DNA of 61,638 nt from a virus (IMGVR_UViG_3300007509_001035:1-61638), one strand, 5' to 3'. Positions 1 through 9,645 are shown, counted from the first letter of the stretch. The notes: generated by a model not told the origin, from the sequence alone. Made by a program: numbers and translations.

Positions 1-840
1 GGAAGGTATGTTGGTGTGCCTTCCGTTTTCCTTCGAGTGTTTGGTTGTAATTTTGAGTGCCGTGGATTTGGTCAACAAACACAAGATAGGGATAAATGGG
101 TACCAGAAGAATTAATGCCTCATAATAAATCCTATTCTAATATAACTAATATTAAGGATCTTCCTGTTCCTGGTATAGGTTGTGATAGTTCCTTTTCTTG
201 GGGAAAGAAATGGGGACACTTAGCAAATATTGATGATACTGATACTATTGTTGATAAAATCAATTCTTATATTCCTAGCACAGAACCAATCCATTTAGTT
301 ATAACTGGCGGGGAACCACTCCTTAAAGGTTTTCGACCTGCTATGAGTGATATTGTTTTTCATCCTAAGTTGGGTATGAATAATGTAACATTTGAAACAA
401 ATGGAACACAAGAATATTTGTTTAATAATGCAACAAATACTCATGAGAAATATGAAATATATTGTGAAAGATTTAGTCAATTTTATGGATCAAATGGTAT
501 TACATGGTCTGTTTCGCCAAAACTTTCTTTTTCTGGTGAAGAATGGAATGATGCTATCGTACCTGATGCGTTACTTACTTATAACACTTGGCCTGATTCT
601 TTTTTATATCTTAAATTTGTAGTCCGTTCATTAGTTGACTTACAGGAAGTTGAAGAAGCTATTATGGCATATAAAGAAGCTGGTGTTAAAATAGATGCTG
701 TTTATTTAATGCCTGAAGGAGGAACAGTTGAAGGATTATCAATTACAGAACAGGATGTAGTACAACTTTGTCTTGATACTGGATATAAGTTTAGTCCTCG
801 TTTACATATTAATCTTTTTGGAAATATTTGGGGAACATAA
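1..840 (+). CDS. queE: 7-carboxy-7-deazaguanine synthase, radical SAM (5'-truncated by window edge)
   Basis: Frame open from base 1 (GRYVGVPSVFLRVFGCNFEC); ITGGEP, FETNGT, SVSPKLS, YLKFVV, YLMPEG, FSPRLH motifs; clustered with queD/folE/queC. Confidence 0.92.
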   Translation, partial: GRYVGVPSVFLRVFGCNFECRGFGQQTQDRDKWVPEELMPHNKSYSNITNIKDLPVPGIGCDSSFSWGKKWGHLANIDDTDTIVDKINSYIPSTEPIHLVITGGEPLLKGFRPAMSDIVFHPKLGMNNVTFETNGTQEYLFNNATNTHEKYEIYCERFSQFYGSNGITWSVSPKLSFSGEEWNDAIVPDALLTYNTWPDSFLYLKFVVRSLVDLQEVEEAIMAYKEAGVKIDAVYLMPEGGTVEGLSITEQDVVQLCLDTGYKFSPRLHINLFGNIWGT

Positions 841-842
841 GA

Positions 843-1343
843 ATGGCTACACCAGAAGGTAATAAAAATACAAAAGAAACAAAGAAAAATGCAAAAAGAA
901 ATAAAGATGGGTTAAGAGGTATTCCGTATACGGATGTGGTAAATAATAAATCTATTATGGTTAATGATGGTGGAAATGATAAAGATGGTAATCCTACCAG
1001 AGAAGGACATACTAGAATAGATAGTGATACACTTAATACTTTAAGTAAAGCTGCAAAAGAATTAAAGATAAGACGAGCTGTTCTTATAAGAAAAGTTCTT
1101 CAATCCTTTTGTATGTATTTTACAGAATCAAAAGAATTAGGTGGTAATCCTTTTTTTAATACACCTAAAACATATGAAATTTGGTTACAAGATAGAAGTG
1201 AAGTAAAAGTATTAGTGAATGAAATTATTAATATGAATAATACAATGCAGGAAAATAGTAAATCACCAGAAGTTAAATTGTTATCAAAACAAATGGTTAC
1301 TTTAACTAAAATAATGAACCTTACACATAAGACGGTACTATGA
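843..1343 (+). CDS. hypothetical protein with ribbon-helix-helix-like segment
   Basis: ATG at 843 just after queE stop; HTRIDSDTLNTLSKAAKELKIRRAVLIRKVLQSF fits an RHH (CopG/MetJ-like) pattern. Confidence 0.5.
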   Translation: MATPEGNKNTKETKKNAKRNKDGLRGIPYTDVVNNKSIMVNDGGNDKDGNPTREGHTRIDSDTLNTLSKAAKELKIRRAVLIRKVLQSFCMYFTESKELGGNPFFNTPKTYEIWLQDRSEVKVLVNEIINMNNTMQENSKSPEVKLLSKQMVTLTKIMNLTHKTVL

Positions 1344-1804
1344 CTGAAAAATACAATTATTATTATGACGAGTACTATAACGACATATCAAAATTATATG
1401 ATCGGTTTATTAATGTAGTCAACCCTCATATTGTTGGAGTGTATCGTGGATCATTACCAATCGCGACTCATTTAAGTAATATACTTGATTGTCCTATGAG
1501 TATTATAAAGTTTCAGTCTCGGGACGGTGAAGATAAAAAGGCTGAATGGTTGTTAAATCTAACAGAGGATAAAACTATTAGAGATAAGCCACAATTCTTT
1601 CCTACGTTGATTGTTATAGATGATGTTTATGATACAGGCAAAACATTTCGAGCTATTAAAAAACTTCCAGAGTTTAAAGATAACATAACTTGTAGATTAA
1701 TATCATTATTTGGTAATGCTAATGATGATGATGTTTCCTATTTACATGAACAATTATATAGATGGATTGTCTTTCCACATGAACGCGTAAAAGGAGGTAT
1801 GTGA
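1340..1804 (+). CDS. type I purine phosphoribosyltransferase (Gpt-like)
   Basis: VGVYRGSLPIA and PRPP-binding LIVIDDVYDTGKT; C-terminal WIVFP. Confidence 0.88.
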   Translation: MTEKYNYYYDEYYNDISKLYDRFINVVNPHIVGVYRGSLPIATHLSNILDCPMSIIKFQSRDGEDKKAEWLLNLTEDKTIRDKPQFFPTLIVIDDVYDTGKTFRAIKKLPEFKDNITCRLISLFGNANDDDVSYLHEQLYRWIVFPHERVKGGM

Positions 1805-2340
1805 TGTGGGAAATAACTAAATCATTTAATTTTTGTTATGGTCATAGAGTCTGGACACAGGAACTAAATAAAGAGTTTAGTTTAGATAGTCAATGTAAGT
1901 GCCGACATCTTCACGGTCATGAAGCCACAGTTGATGTTACTTTAAGATCAAATAAATTAGATAAGTCTGGTATGGTTACAGATTTTAAACATTTGAATTG
2001 GTTAAAGCAGTGGTTAGATGACTATGTGGATCATAAGTTTATCATGGATAAAAACGATCCTTTATTTACCACAATGTTTAAATTAAACAGAGATGATGTT
2101 TTAATGATTCCTATTGATGGAAATGGATATGTGTTTGAGATGCAGAATAAAACAGAAAGTTCTTTATCTGAATATTATGAAGGATTTTTTATTGTAGATT
2201 TTCCACCCACCTCAGAGAACCTTTCTAAATGGATTTATGAATTTACAAAAACTAAAATGAAACCTCTTTGTGAAGTTTCGAGTGTAACTTGGCATGAAAC
2301 ACCAAAGAGTGTTTCCATATATCATGGAGGAAATGAATGA
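1801..2340 (+). CDS. queD: 6-carboxy-5,6,7,8-tetrahydropterin synthase
   Basis: YGHRV, CRHLHGH, GMVTDF, VDHKF, PTSENL, WHETPKS. Confidence 0.93.
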   Translation: MMWEITKSFNFCYGHRVWTQELNKEFSLDSQCKCRHLHGHEATVDVTLRSNKLDKSGMVTDFKHLNWLKQWLDDYVDHKFIMDKNDPLFTTMFKLNRDDVLMIPIDGNGYVFEMQNKTESSLSEYYEGFFIVDFPPTSENLSKWIYEFTKTKMKPLCEVSSVTWHETPKSVSIYHGGNE

Positions 2341-3023
2341 AACAAATAACAGCATCTGAAGCTATATTAGATTATTTAAAGAAATCAAATATTAATTATT
2401 TTGCAAACGATAATATTTCTGATGTTATTGATGAAAGAGATTTACCAGAGATAGAATCTGAAGTAGCAGAAGCATTTCAAGGAGTATTAAAAGCACTTCT
2501 TATTAATACAGAGGATGATCATAATACAAAGGATACAGCTAAAAGAGTTGCTAAAATGTATGTTCAAGAAATCTTTAAAGGTCGTTATACAAAATTACCT
2601 AAGATTACAGCGTTTCCGAATGCAAAACAATATGATCAATTATATATGACAGGGCCTATTACTATAAATTCAACCTGTGCCCATCATTTTCAACCAATAG
2701 ATGGTAAATGTTGGATTGGAATATTTCCAGGTAAAAAAGTTATAGGTCTTTCCAAATTTAATAGAATAGTAGACTGGGTTGTATCAAGACCACAAATACA
2801 AGAAGAAATGACAGAACAAATTGCCGATATAATTGAGAAAGAAACAGAAGCTAAAGGTGTAGGAGTTATTGTTAAAGCAGAACATTTTTGTATGACGGCT
2901 AGGGGTGTTAAAGAACATGAAAGTGATATGATGACATCAGTAGTTCGTGGTCTACTTCGTAATGAACTATCAATGAAAACTGAGTTTTTTTCTTTGTTAA
3001 ATAATATGAAAGGTATAAAATAA
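2337..3023 (+). CDS. folE: GTP cyclohydrolase I
   Basis: TAKRVAKMY, STCAHHFQP, IGLSKFNR, PQIQE, HFCMTARGV. Confidence 0.96.
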   Translation: MKQITASEAILDYLKKSNINYFANDNISDVIDERDLPEIESEVAEAFQGVLKALLINTEDDHNTKDTAKRVAKMYVQEIFKGRYTKLPKITAFPNAKQYDQLYMTGPITINSTCAHHFQPIDGKCWIGIFPGKKVIGLSKFNRIVDWVVSRPQIQEEMTEQIADIIEKETEAKGVGVIVKAEHFCMTARGVKEHESDMMTSVVRGLLRNELSMKTEFFSLLNNMKGIK

Positions 3024-3784
3024 TGGTCAATATGATAACTAGTGGTAAACAAAAAGTAACTGGTAAAACAGTTCTTTTATTTTCCGGTGGTATGGATAGC
3101 TTAATATTTGATTATTTATTAAAGCCCGATGTGTTGTTGTATATTCCAACTGGAAGTAAATATGAACAGATAGAAAATAAAAAATTAGATATACTTAAGA
3201 AAAAAAATTATGTAGATAAAAATAAGCTAGTTTTTTTACCTAATGTTTTAAATTTAAGTGTATTTGAACGTGATGATGCAATTGTTCCAAACCGTAATGC
3301 TCATTTAATGTTATTAGCTTCTATGTATGGCGAACATCTAATATTAGGAAGTATACAAGGGGACAGATCATATGATAAAGATATTATTTTTTATAAGAAA
3401 ATGATGGATCTGTTAAACTATACATGGAAAGAACAGCATTGGACTGAAGAACGTGTTTTTACAGTTAGTTCACCATATAAAGATAAAACAAAAACAGAAA
3501 TTGTTAAAGAATATTTGGAAAAAAGTGGAAGTTCAGATGCTTTATTAGAATCATACAGTTGTTATGAAGGTGATGAACAACCGTGTGGTTGGTGTAAACC
3601 ATGTTTTCGTAAATGGGTCTCACTTCATAATAATGGAATAACAATACCAGAAAAATATTATAAACATAATCCTTGGAATGCGCCATGGCTTCCAGAATTA
3701 AAATCTGTAGTTTTAGAGGGTAAGTATAGAGGCGCTGAAGATAAAGATTGGGTAACAGCATTAAACGATAAAGGAAAAATATAA
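3023..3784 (+). CDS. queC: 7-cyano-7-deazaguanine (preQ0) synthase
   Basis: PP-loop LFSGGMDS, VPNRN, SYSCY...CGWCKPC Zn site. Confidence 0.9.
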   Translation: MVNMITSGKQKVTGKTVLLFSGGMDSLIFDYLLKPDVLLYIPTGSKYEQIENKKLDILKKKNYVDKNKLVFLPNVLNLSVFERDDAIVPNRNAHLMLLASMYGEHLILGSIQGDRSYDKDIIFYKKMMDLLNYTWKEQHWTEERVFTVSSPYKDKTKTEIVKEYLEKSGSSDALLESYSCYEGDEQPCGWCKPCFRKWVSLHNNGITIPEKYYKHNPWNAPWLPELKSVVLEGKYRGAEDKDWVTALNDKGKI

Positions 3785-3800
3785 GAAAGGAATATAATAG

Positions 3801-5114
3801 ATGTCTAGCTTAACATATATAATGTCAGGAATCTCCATGGTTCTTAAGAATGGTAAAGTGTGCAAAAGGGATAATGAAAAATATGCTAATATGGTTACTG
3901 ATACTATTCGTGATTTTAAATCAGAAATTAATTTTGAAATGATGTTTAATGCCTATCATGAGGATGTTTTAATGGATGGTTATTTATCTAAATATAAATA
4001 TTTCGGTTCTAAATGGTATGCGGATTCTGGTGGTTTACAAGTAATTACAGCGGGTCGAACTATAACAGAAGAATTAAAGCAAAAAGTTTATGAAATGCAA
4101 GCAATGCATTCTGATTATGCTATGTGTTTTGATGAAATGCCTATTAATGTTACTGCATATGCTGGTACTGCTTCAAGAGTTGATCTTTCAGGAAGACAAT
4201 TTATAACCGAGTGGAAAGAAGAAAAAGCTATTAAAACTGGTTTAAATGTAAAAAAACAGATTGAAATTATTCGTAAAATGAAATCCAAAACAAAAGTATT
4301 TTTAATTTGTCAAGGAAATGATATACAGGATTTTGTTGATTATTTTGATACAGCTATAGCACAAATACCAGAAGAGTATTATTCAACTTTGGCAGGTGTT
4401 GCGGTTAGTTCAGCATGTACTGGATTAGGAAAATTAGAAACTATCAAATTATTAGGATCATATAAATTTATGAAAATTCCAGCAGGTATGGGAAATAAAT
4501 TACATCTTCTGGGTTATGGTTCAAAAGGTAGATTATATTCAATGTTAATATTAAAAGAAAGTGGTTATTTGGATTGTGATATTACTTTTGATTCTTCGTC
4601 ACATGCAATGAATACCTTATTAGGTGAAATATTAGTTAAAGAGTGTAAATTATTTCCAGAAGGTGGAACTATACCGTTTGGTAAGGTAAGGACACCAAAG
4701 TCAGATCGAATATTTAAATATTTATATAATAAGTATGGTGTAGTTATTAGAAAATATTATGATAATATGTCTTTTGATGAATATTTAAAGATAGTTTGTG
4801 ATGATCTTACAACCTCAAAAAAATTTCATTTAGATTGTAAAACAGATGTAACTATTCATTTATATACACGTTTTTTAATAGCATATGAATCATTCTATAA
4901 TTTTGCCGAATCAATAATAAAAATAACAGATGGTATTAAAGAAAGAAAATTTGATTCTGGTGTTCCCATTATTAATAGTTTAATAAATGTTAAAACAAAA
5001 GAAGATTTTAATAAGTGGATTAAAAAATGTTCGAAACACGTGCCTTCTAATGCTATTAAACGCTTTGAAACATTTGACGAGGCACAAAAACAACAAGCAG
5101 TTTTACCTATATAA
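3801..5114 (+). CDS. TGT-fold guanine transglycosylase (DpdA-like, probably acting on DNA)
   Basis: ADSGGLQ, MCFDEMP, CQGND, LHLLG, FDSSS match TGT/DpdA motifs in order; ends a preQ0 synthesis cluster. Confidence 0.78.
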   Translation: MSSLTYIMSGISMVLKNGKVCKRDNEKYANMVTDTIRDFKSEINFEMMFNAYHEDVLMDGYLSKYKYFGSKWYADSGGLQVITAGRTITEELKQKVYEMQAMHSDYAMCFDEMPINVTAYAGTASRVDLSGRQFITEWKEEKAIKTGLNVKKQIEIIRKMKSKTKVFLICQGNDIQDFVDYFDTAIAQIPEEYYSTLAGVAVSSACTGLGKLETIKLLGSYKFMKIPAGMGNKLHLLGYGSKGRLYSMLILKESGYLDCDITFDSSSHAMNTLLGEILVKECKLFPEGGTIPFGKVRTPKSDRIFKYLYNKYGVVIRKYYDNMSFDEYLKIVCDDLTTSKKFHLDCKTDVTIHLYTRFLIAYESFYNFAESIIKITDGIKERKFDSGVPIINSLINVKTKEDFNKWIKKCSKHVPSNAIKRFETFDEAQKQQAVLPI

Positions 5115-5132
5115 ATGTGATGTTTTAAAGGT

Positions 5133-5140
5133 TATAAATA
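5133..5140 (+). promoter_or_regulatory. T4-type late promoter
   Basis: Intergenic TATAAATA upstream of ORF 5173. Confidence 0.6.
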
Positions 5141-5172
5141 TATAATGAATAGTAAAAGAGGGGGTATTACTG

Positions 5173-5799
5173 ATGGATGAATTAAAACCGGATAAAGAAG
5201 GTAAAATACATTTAATATTAAATCCTGATGATAGTGCTTTGGTTGTTCGTACAAACGATACAATTGAAATTGTTAGTCGTGAAATGGTAGAAAATGAAAA
5301 TGGTTATGTTGGTGATATTGAGGATTTAAATAAAACTTTTTCGCTTGTTTTAGCATTAGCTGCATCACTTGAAGATGAAGATTTATATAGTCGTATCTTT
5401 TATAATTTAAATAAAGTTTTGATGCAACAATGGAATAGTTTAGATGATACAAAAAAAGAAGAAATTATAAAAATACGTCAGCAAAAAGAAAAAAAACAAA
5501 GCAATAAAGATCGTAAAGAAAAGGATAAAAGAGTAGACGATTTTAAAGATAGGATAAATAGACATAGACAAGATTATTATGAAGATCAACAAAGAAGAAT
5601 GATGGAAGATTTATATAATGAAAAAGAGTTTTTGAAAAGAAATGAAGCTGAATTTGCAAAACCAAAAAGGAAAATAAAAAAGAAAAAAGCATCTTTAGCA
5701 TACTTGAAAAATATTGCATGGGACCCTAATGATAAATCATTGACTGCACACTTTAAAGAATTTCGTGCTGATGCACCACCACCTGTTGAGGAGGAATAA
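5173..5799 (+). CDS. hypothetical protein, charged coiled-coil C-terminal half
   Basis: 208 aa ORF with SD, coupled to gp62 by TAATG. Confidence 0.7.
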   Translation: MDELKPDKEGKIHLILNPDDSALVVRTNDTIEIVSREMVENENGYVGDIEDLNKTFSLVLALAASLEDEDLYSRIFYNLNKVLMQQWNSLDDTKKEEIIKIRQQKEKKQSNKDRKEKDKRVDDFKDRINRHRQDYYEDQQRRMMEDLYNEKEFLKRNEAEFAKPKRKIKKKKASLAYLKNIAWDPNDKSLTAHFKEFRADAPPPVEEE

Positions 5800-6176
5800 T
5801 GAATCCCTTTGAATATGCGAATGACTTGATGGTAAAGGAAGGTTATGATGAGGACATTGAGCAAAGAAAAGATTATAAAGAGTTTCTGATTAATCGCTCA
5901 ATATCGTATCAACCAGATTTAATTCACATTGTTAATGAGATAAATAGATATCCTGATGTGGATAAGAAATTACATTATGATTTTCTTTATAATATTATAT
6001 CCAAAAAGAAAAGACCAAGAAAGTTTTGGGTAAAGGGAAAGAAACTTGAAAACATAAAATTAATTAAGGAATTTTTCAAGTATAGTAATTCAAAAGCTGA
6101 AACAGTATTATCGATTCTTACTGATGGTGATATTGATTATATAAAGGATAAATTAGATAAAGGTGGTGTGTTTTGA
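5799..6176 (+). CDS. gp62: clamp loader small subunit (T4 gp62-like)
   Basis: MNPFEY, FLINRSISY, YDFL..IISKKKR..W.K; directly upstream of regA as in T4. Confidence 0.85.
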   Translation: MNPFEYANDLMVKEGYDEDIEQRKDYKEFLINRSISYQPDLIHIVNEINRYPDVDKKLHYDFLYNIISKKKRPRKFWVKGKKLENIKLIKEFFKYSNSKAETVLSILTDGDIDYIKDKLDKGGVF

Positions 6177-6179
6177 TAT

Positions 6180-6187
6180 TATAAATA
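6180..6187 (+). promoter_or_regulatory. T4-type late promoter
   Basis: Intergenic TATAAATA upstream of regA. Confidence 0.5.
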
Positions 6188-6232
6188 TTATGTAGTTATT
6201 ACATAAATTTATGATTTGAAAGGAACAGCCCA

Positions 6233-6697
6233 ATGACAGATATTATTAAATGGACTATGGAAGATATGATTGAAGTGAGATTAAAAGAAGATGATGATTT
6301 TCTAAAGGTTAAAGAAACCCTCACACGAATTGGAATAGCTTCGCGAAGGGAAAAGAAGCTTTACCAATCTTGCCATATACTTCACAAACAAGGTAAATAT
6401 TATATTGTGCATTTCAAAGAATTGTTTGCGCTTGATGGTAAGCCAACCAATCTTTCTGAAAATGATATAGAACGAAGAAATACCGTTGTGAATCTTTTGC
6501 ACGAATGGGACTTGGTTGAAATTATATTTCCGGAGAAAGCACAACCAACGGTTTCAATTCGTCAAATGAAAATTCTACCGTTCGGAGAAAAATCTGAATG
6601 GGATTTACAAGCAAAATATTCCATAGGAAATGTTGGAATAAAGACCACTAATGAGTCTTATAGTGCCACTGAAATAAACGATGATATTTTTAAGTAA
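6233..6697 (+). CDS. regA: translational repressor RegA
   Basis: DDFLKVKETLTRIGIAS, LYQSCHILHKQGKYYIVHFKELFALDG. Confidence 0.96.
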   Translation: MTDIIKWTMEDMIEVRLKEDDDFLKVKETLTRIGIASRREKKLYQSCHILHKQGKYYIVHFKELFALDGKPTNLSENDIERRNTVVNLLHEWDLVEIIFPEKAQPTVSIRQMKILPFGEKSEWDLQAKYSIGNVGIKTTNESYSATEINDDIFK

Positions 6698-7082
6698 ATG
6701 TGTTTTGATGGGCAGTTTATTTCTATCCGGTTGTGCTGGTATAGAATCATTTTTAATTGGTGTTACAGGTAATGTAACATCTCAATACATTATTAATAAT
6801 GTAGATTTAAAGGAGTATGATCCCGTGAATGTAAAAATTGTAAAATTAACAAATGGTGAAGAACTAATAGGTGAGTTTAACGAAGAAACAAATACAATAA
6901 CCAATCCGGTTGTTATGATTCCAGTGGATAAAGAAAAGATTGCTTTCCAGCCATGGATGCCTTACTCGGAAGATAAATCATTTACAATAAAAGATGAAAA
7001 TATACAGACAACAGCTATTCCAAGTAAAACTATCGTAAATGAGTATAATAGAGCCTTTGGTAGTGGTATTGTAGTTCCCTAA
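6681..7082 (+). CDS. conserved T4-like small beta protein (Sm-like fold suspected); alternative start GTG 6825
   Basis: KIVKLTNGEELIG...FQPWMPYS...YNRAFGSGIV pattern; SD AAGGAG ahead of in-frame GTG at 6825. Confidence 0.65.
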   Translation: MIFLSKCVLMGSLFLSGCAGIESFLIGVTGNVTSQYIINNVDLKEYDPVNVKIVKLTNGEELIGEFNEETNTITNPVVMIPVDKEKIAFQPWMPYSEDKSFTIKDENIQTTAIPSKTIVNEYNRAFGSGIVVP

Positions 7083-7085
7083 TAG

Positions 7086-7118
7086 TTCCTTGTTTTTTTG
7101 AACTCCTTTTGTTATAAT
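7086..7118 (+). promoter_or_regulatory. sigma70-like phage promoter of gp43 (probably leaderless)
   Basis: TTCC-TTGTTT, 17 bp, TGn-TATAAT; ATG 5 nt after the -10. Confidence 0.75.
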
Positions 7119-7123
7119 ATATT

Positions 7124-9634
7124 ATGAAATTTTATACTTATGTAGCTAAAATTGGGAATAGAATTTATTCTCGTGAAATAGATAACAAGGGTAATTATTA
7201 CTCTGGTTATACTAATTTTAAACCAACCCTGTATCTCCCATCACCAAAAGAAAAATCTGATTACAAGAGTTTAGATAATAAACCACTTGGGTCACATACT
7301 TTCGGTTCTATCAAAGACTGTCGAGAATTTGTTGATTCTTATGATGGTACTGTAAATTATTCTATTCTTGGTAATCGTAATTATGTTTCACAATACATAA
7401 CAGAAACATATCCAAAAATTAAATGGGATACTTCAAAAATTACCATTTACAATATAGATATTGAAACATCTATTGATAATGGGTTCCCTGATATCCGTAC
7501 AGCTAATTCAGAAATAACCTCTATCACGTGTTACAATAGTATAAATGACAAGTATTATGTTTTTGGGGCTGGTGATTACATACCTGATCAATCTGATAAA
7601 ACTATAAATTATTTTAAAGCGGATGATGAACGTGAAATGATGAATATGTTTTTGAATTGGTGGAAAGAATCACCACCTGATATTGTTACAGGCTGGAATT
7701 GTAAATTTTTCGACATTCCATATATTGTAAATAGATTAGAAAAATTAGGACTTGAATCTAAACTTCTATCACCAATAAAGAATATATTTGAAAAGAATAT
7801 AAAAATTGCTGGTAAAGAAAATCAAACGTATTCAATTACTGGTATTTCTGTTTTAGATTATCTTGATTTGTATAAAAAATATACTTATAAAATTAGAGAA
7901 TCATATCGCTTAGATTATATTGGTAAAGTTGAGTTAGGTCTTAGTAAAGACCAAGATGAAATTCCAGGCTATGAGTTATACAAAACAGATTATCAGCAGT
8001 TTATTAATTATAATATCAGAGATGTTGAGATTGTAAAGAAACTTGACGAGAAAATGAAGCTGATGGATTTAGTAATTACTATGGCTTATGATTCTGGAAT
8101 TAATTTTGAAGATGTCTTTTCGCCAGTTAAGACATGGGAGTCGATTATATATAGATTTCTTAAAGAAAAGAAAATAGCTATTCCAGTAAAATCTAATAAT
8201 ACCGAGACACGAACTATTGAAGGTGGTTATGTTAAAGATCCTCATATTGGTTTACATAAATGGGTAGTAAGTTTTGATCTTAATTCGCTCTATCCACATC
8301 TGATTCAACAATATAATATTAGTCCGGAAACTTTATATAAAGGTGTTGTTTGTGCTGATTCTAAAAATATTGGTGTCAGTGGATTATTAGAAGAAAAATT
8401 AGATACGGGTTATCTTAAAGAAAATAATATAACATTGACTCCTAATGGTGTTCATTTTAAAAATGATAAACAAGGTTTTCTTCCACAATTGATGGAAAAG
8501 ATGTATAATGATAGGGTAGTATATAAGAAGAAAATGTTAAAAGAACAACAAAAAATAGAGAGTGGTGATTATAAAGATAAACAAAAAGTAATTAATAATA
8601 TAGCAAAATATAATAATATTCAAATGTCAAAAAAAATATTATTAAATAGTGCTTACGGAGCTTGCGCAAACCAATATTTCCTTTATTATGATCCTGATTT
8701 AGCAGAAGCTATTACAATGTCAGGACAATTATCCATTAGATGGATTGAAAAACATATAAATATATATATTAATAATCTTTTAAAAACAAAGAATATTGAT
8801 TATGTCATTGCGGCGGATACAGACAGCGTTTATATTACATTCGACAAATTGGTTACTGAAGTGTTTCCGGAAGGAGCGACAACTTCTAAGATTATCACCT
8901 TCTTGGATACGATTTGTAAAGATAAAATTCAATTACATATTAATCAAGGTTATAAAAATCTTCATTCGTATGTAAATGCTTATGAACAGAAAATGTTCAT
9001 GGAACGTGAAGTAATTGCAGATAAAGGTATATGGACAGCCAAGAAAAGATACATTTTAAATGTTTATGATAACGAAGGTGTGACGTATAAAGAACCTAAG
9101 CTAAAGATAATGGGTATTGAAAGTGTAAGAAGTTCAACTCCGGAATGGTGTCGTGATAATTTGCAATCATTAATAAAAACAATTATCACAACGGATGAAA
9201 AAACAGTTGTAAAAAAAATCAATGACTATCGTGATATATTTAAAAAATTAAAGTTTATTGATATAGCATTTCCAAGATCAGTTCGTGGTCTTGATAAGTA
9301 TAAATCTTCAAAAGATATTTATGTTAAATCTACACCAATTCATGTAAGAGGTGTTTTGCTTTATAATCATTTCTTAAAAAAACAAAATTTAACAAATAAA
9401 TATCAATCAATTCGTGATGGGGATAAGGTTAAATTTGCATATCTTAAAGAGCCAAATAAGATTGGTGAGAATGTAATTGCAATTTCATCCGTTTTACCAA
9501 AAGAATTTAATTTAGAAAAATATATAGATTATGATACACAATTTGATAAATCATTTCTTCAGCCTGTTAAGAACATTTTAAATGCTATTGGTTGGAAGAG
9601 TGAACATACTGGAAGTTTAGAATTATTTTTTTGA
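7124..9634 (+). CDS. gp43: family B DNA polymerase (T4 gp43)
   Basis: ExoI DIET, GWNCKFFD, SFDLNSLYP, KILLNSAYG, ADTDS, KKRY; C-terminal clamp-binding LELFF. Confidence 0.97.
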   Translation: MKFYTYVAKIGNRIYSREIDNKGNYYSGYTNFKPTLYLPSPKEKSDYKSLDNKPLGSHTFGSIKDCREFVDSYDGTVNYSILGNRNYVSQYITETYPKIKWDTSKITIYNIDIETSIDNGFPDIRTANSEITSITCYNSINDKYYVFGAGDYIPDQSDKTINYFKADDEREMMNMFLNWWKESPPDIVTGWNCKFFDIPYIVNRLEKLGLESKLLSPIKNIFEKNIKIAGKENQTYSITGISVLDYLDLYKKYTYKIRESYRLDYIGKVELGLSKDQDEIPGYELYKTDYQQFINYNIRDVEIVKKLDEKMKLMDLVITMAYDSGINFEDVFSPVKTWESIIYRFLKEKKIAIPVKSNNTETRTIEGGYVKDPHIGLHKWVVSFDLNSLYPHLIQQYNISPETLYKGVVCADSKNIGVSGLLEEKLDTGYLKENNITLTPNGVHFKNDKQGFLPQLMEKMYNDRVVYKKKMLKEQQKIESGDYKDKQKVINNIAKYNNIQMSKKILLNSAYGACANQYFLYYDPDLAEAITMSGQLSIRWIEKHINIYINNLLKTKNIDYVIAADTDSVYITFDKLVTEVFPEGATTSKIITFLDTICKDKIQLHINQGYKNLHSYVNAYEQKMFMEREVIADKGIWTAKKRYILNVYDNEGVTYKEPKLKIMGIESVRSSTPEWCRDNLQSLIKTIITTDEKTVVKKINDYRDIFKKLKFIDIAFPRSVRGLDKYKSSKDIYVKSTPIHVRGVLLYNHFLKKQNLTNKYQSIRDGDKVKFAYLKEPNKIGENVIAISSVLPKEFNLEKYIDYDTQFDKSFLQPVKNILNAIGWKSEHTGSLELFF

Positions 9635-9645
9635 GGAGGTAACTA

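Noticed and set aside
9620-9634. T-run at the end of gp43 as another frameshift site
   Set aside because: It encodes the clamp-binding LFF end, and uvsX has its own strong SD GAGGAGG and ATG
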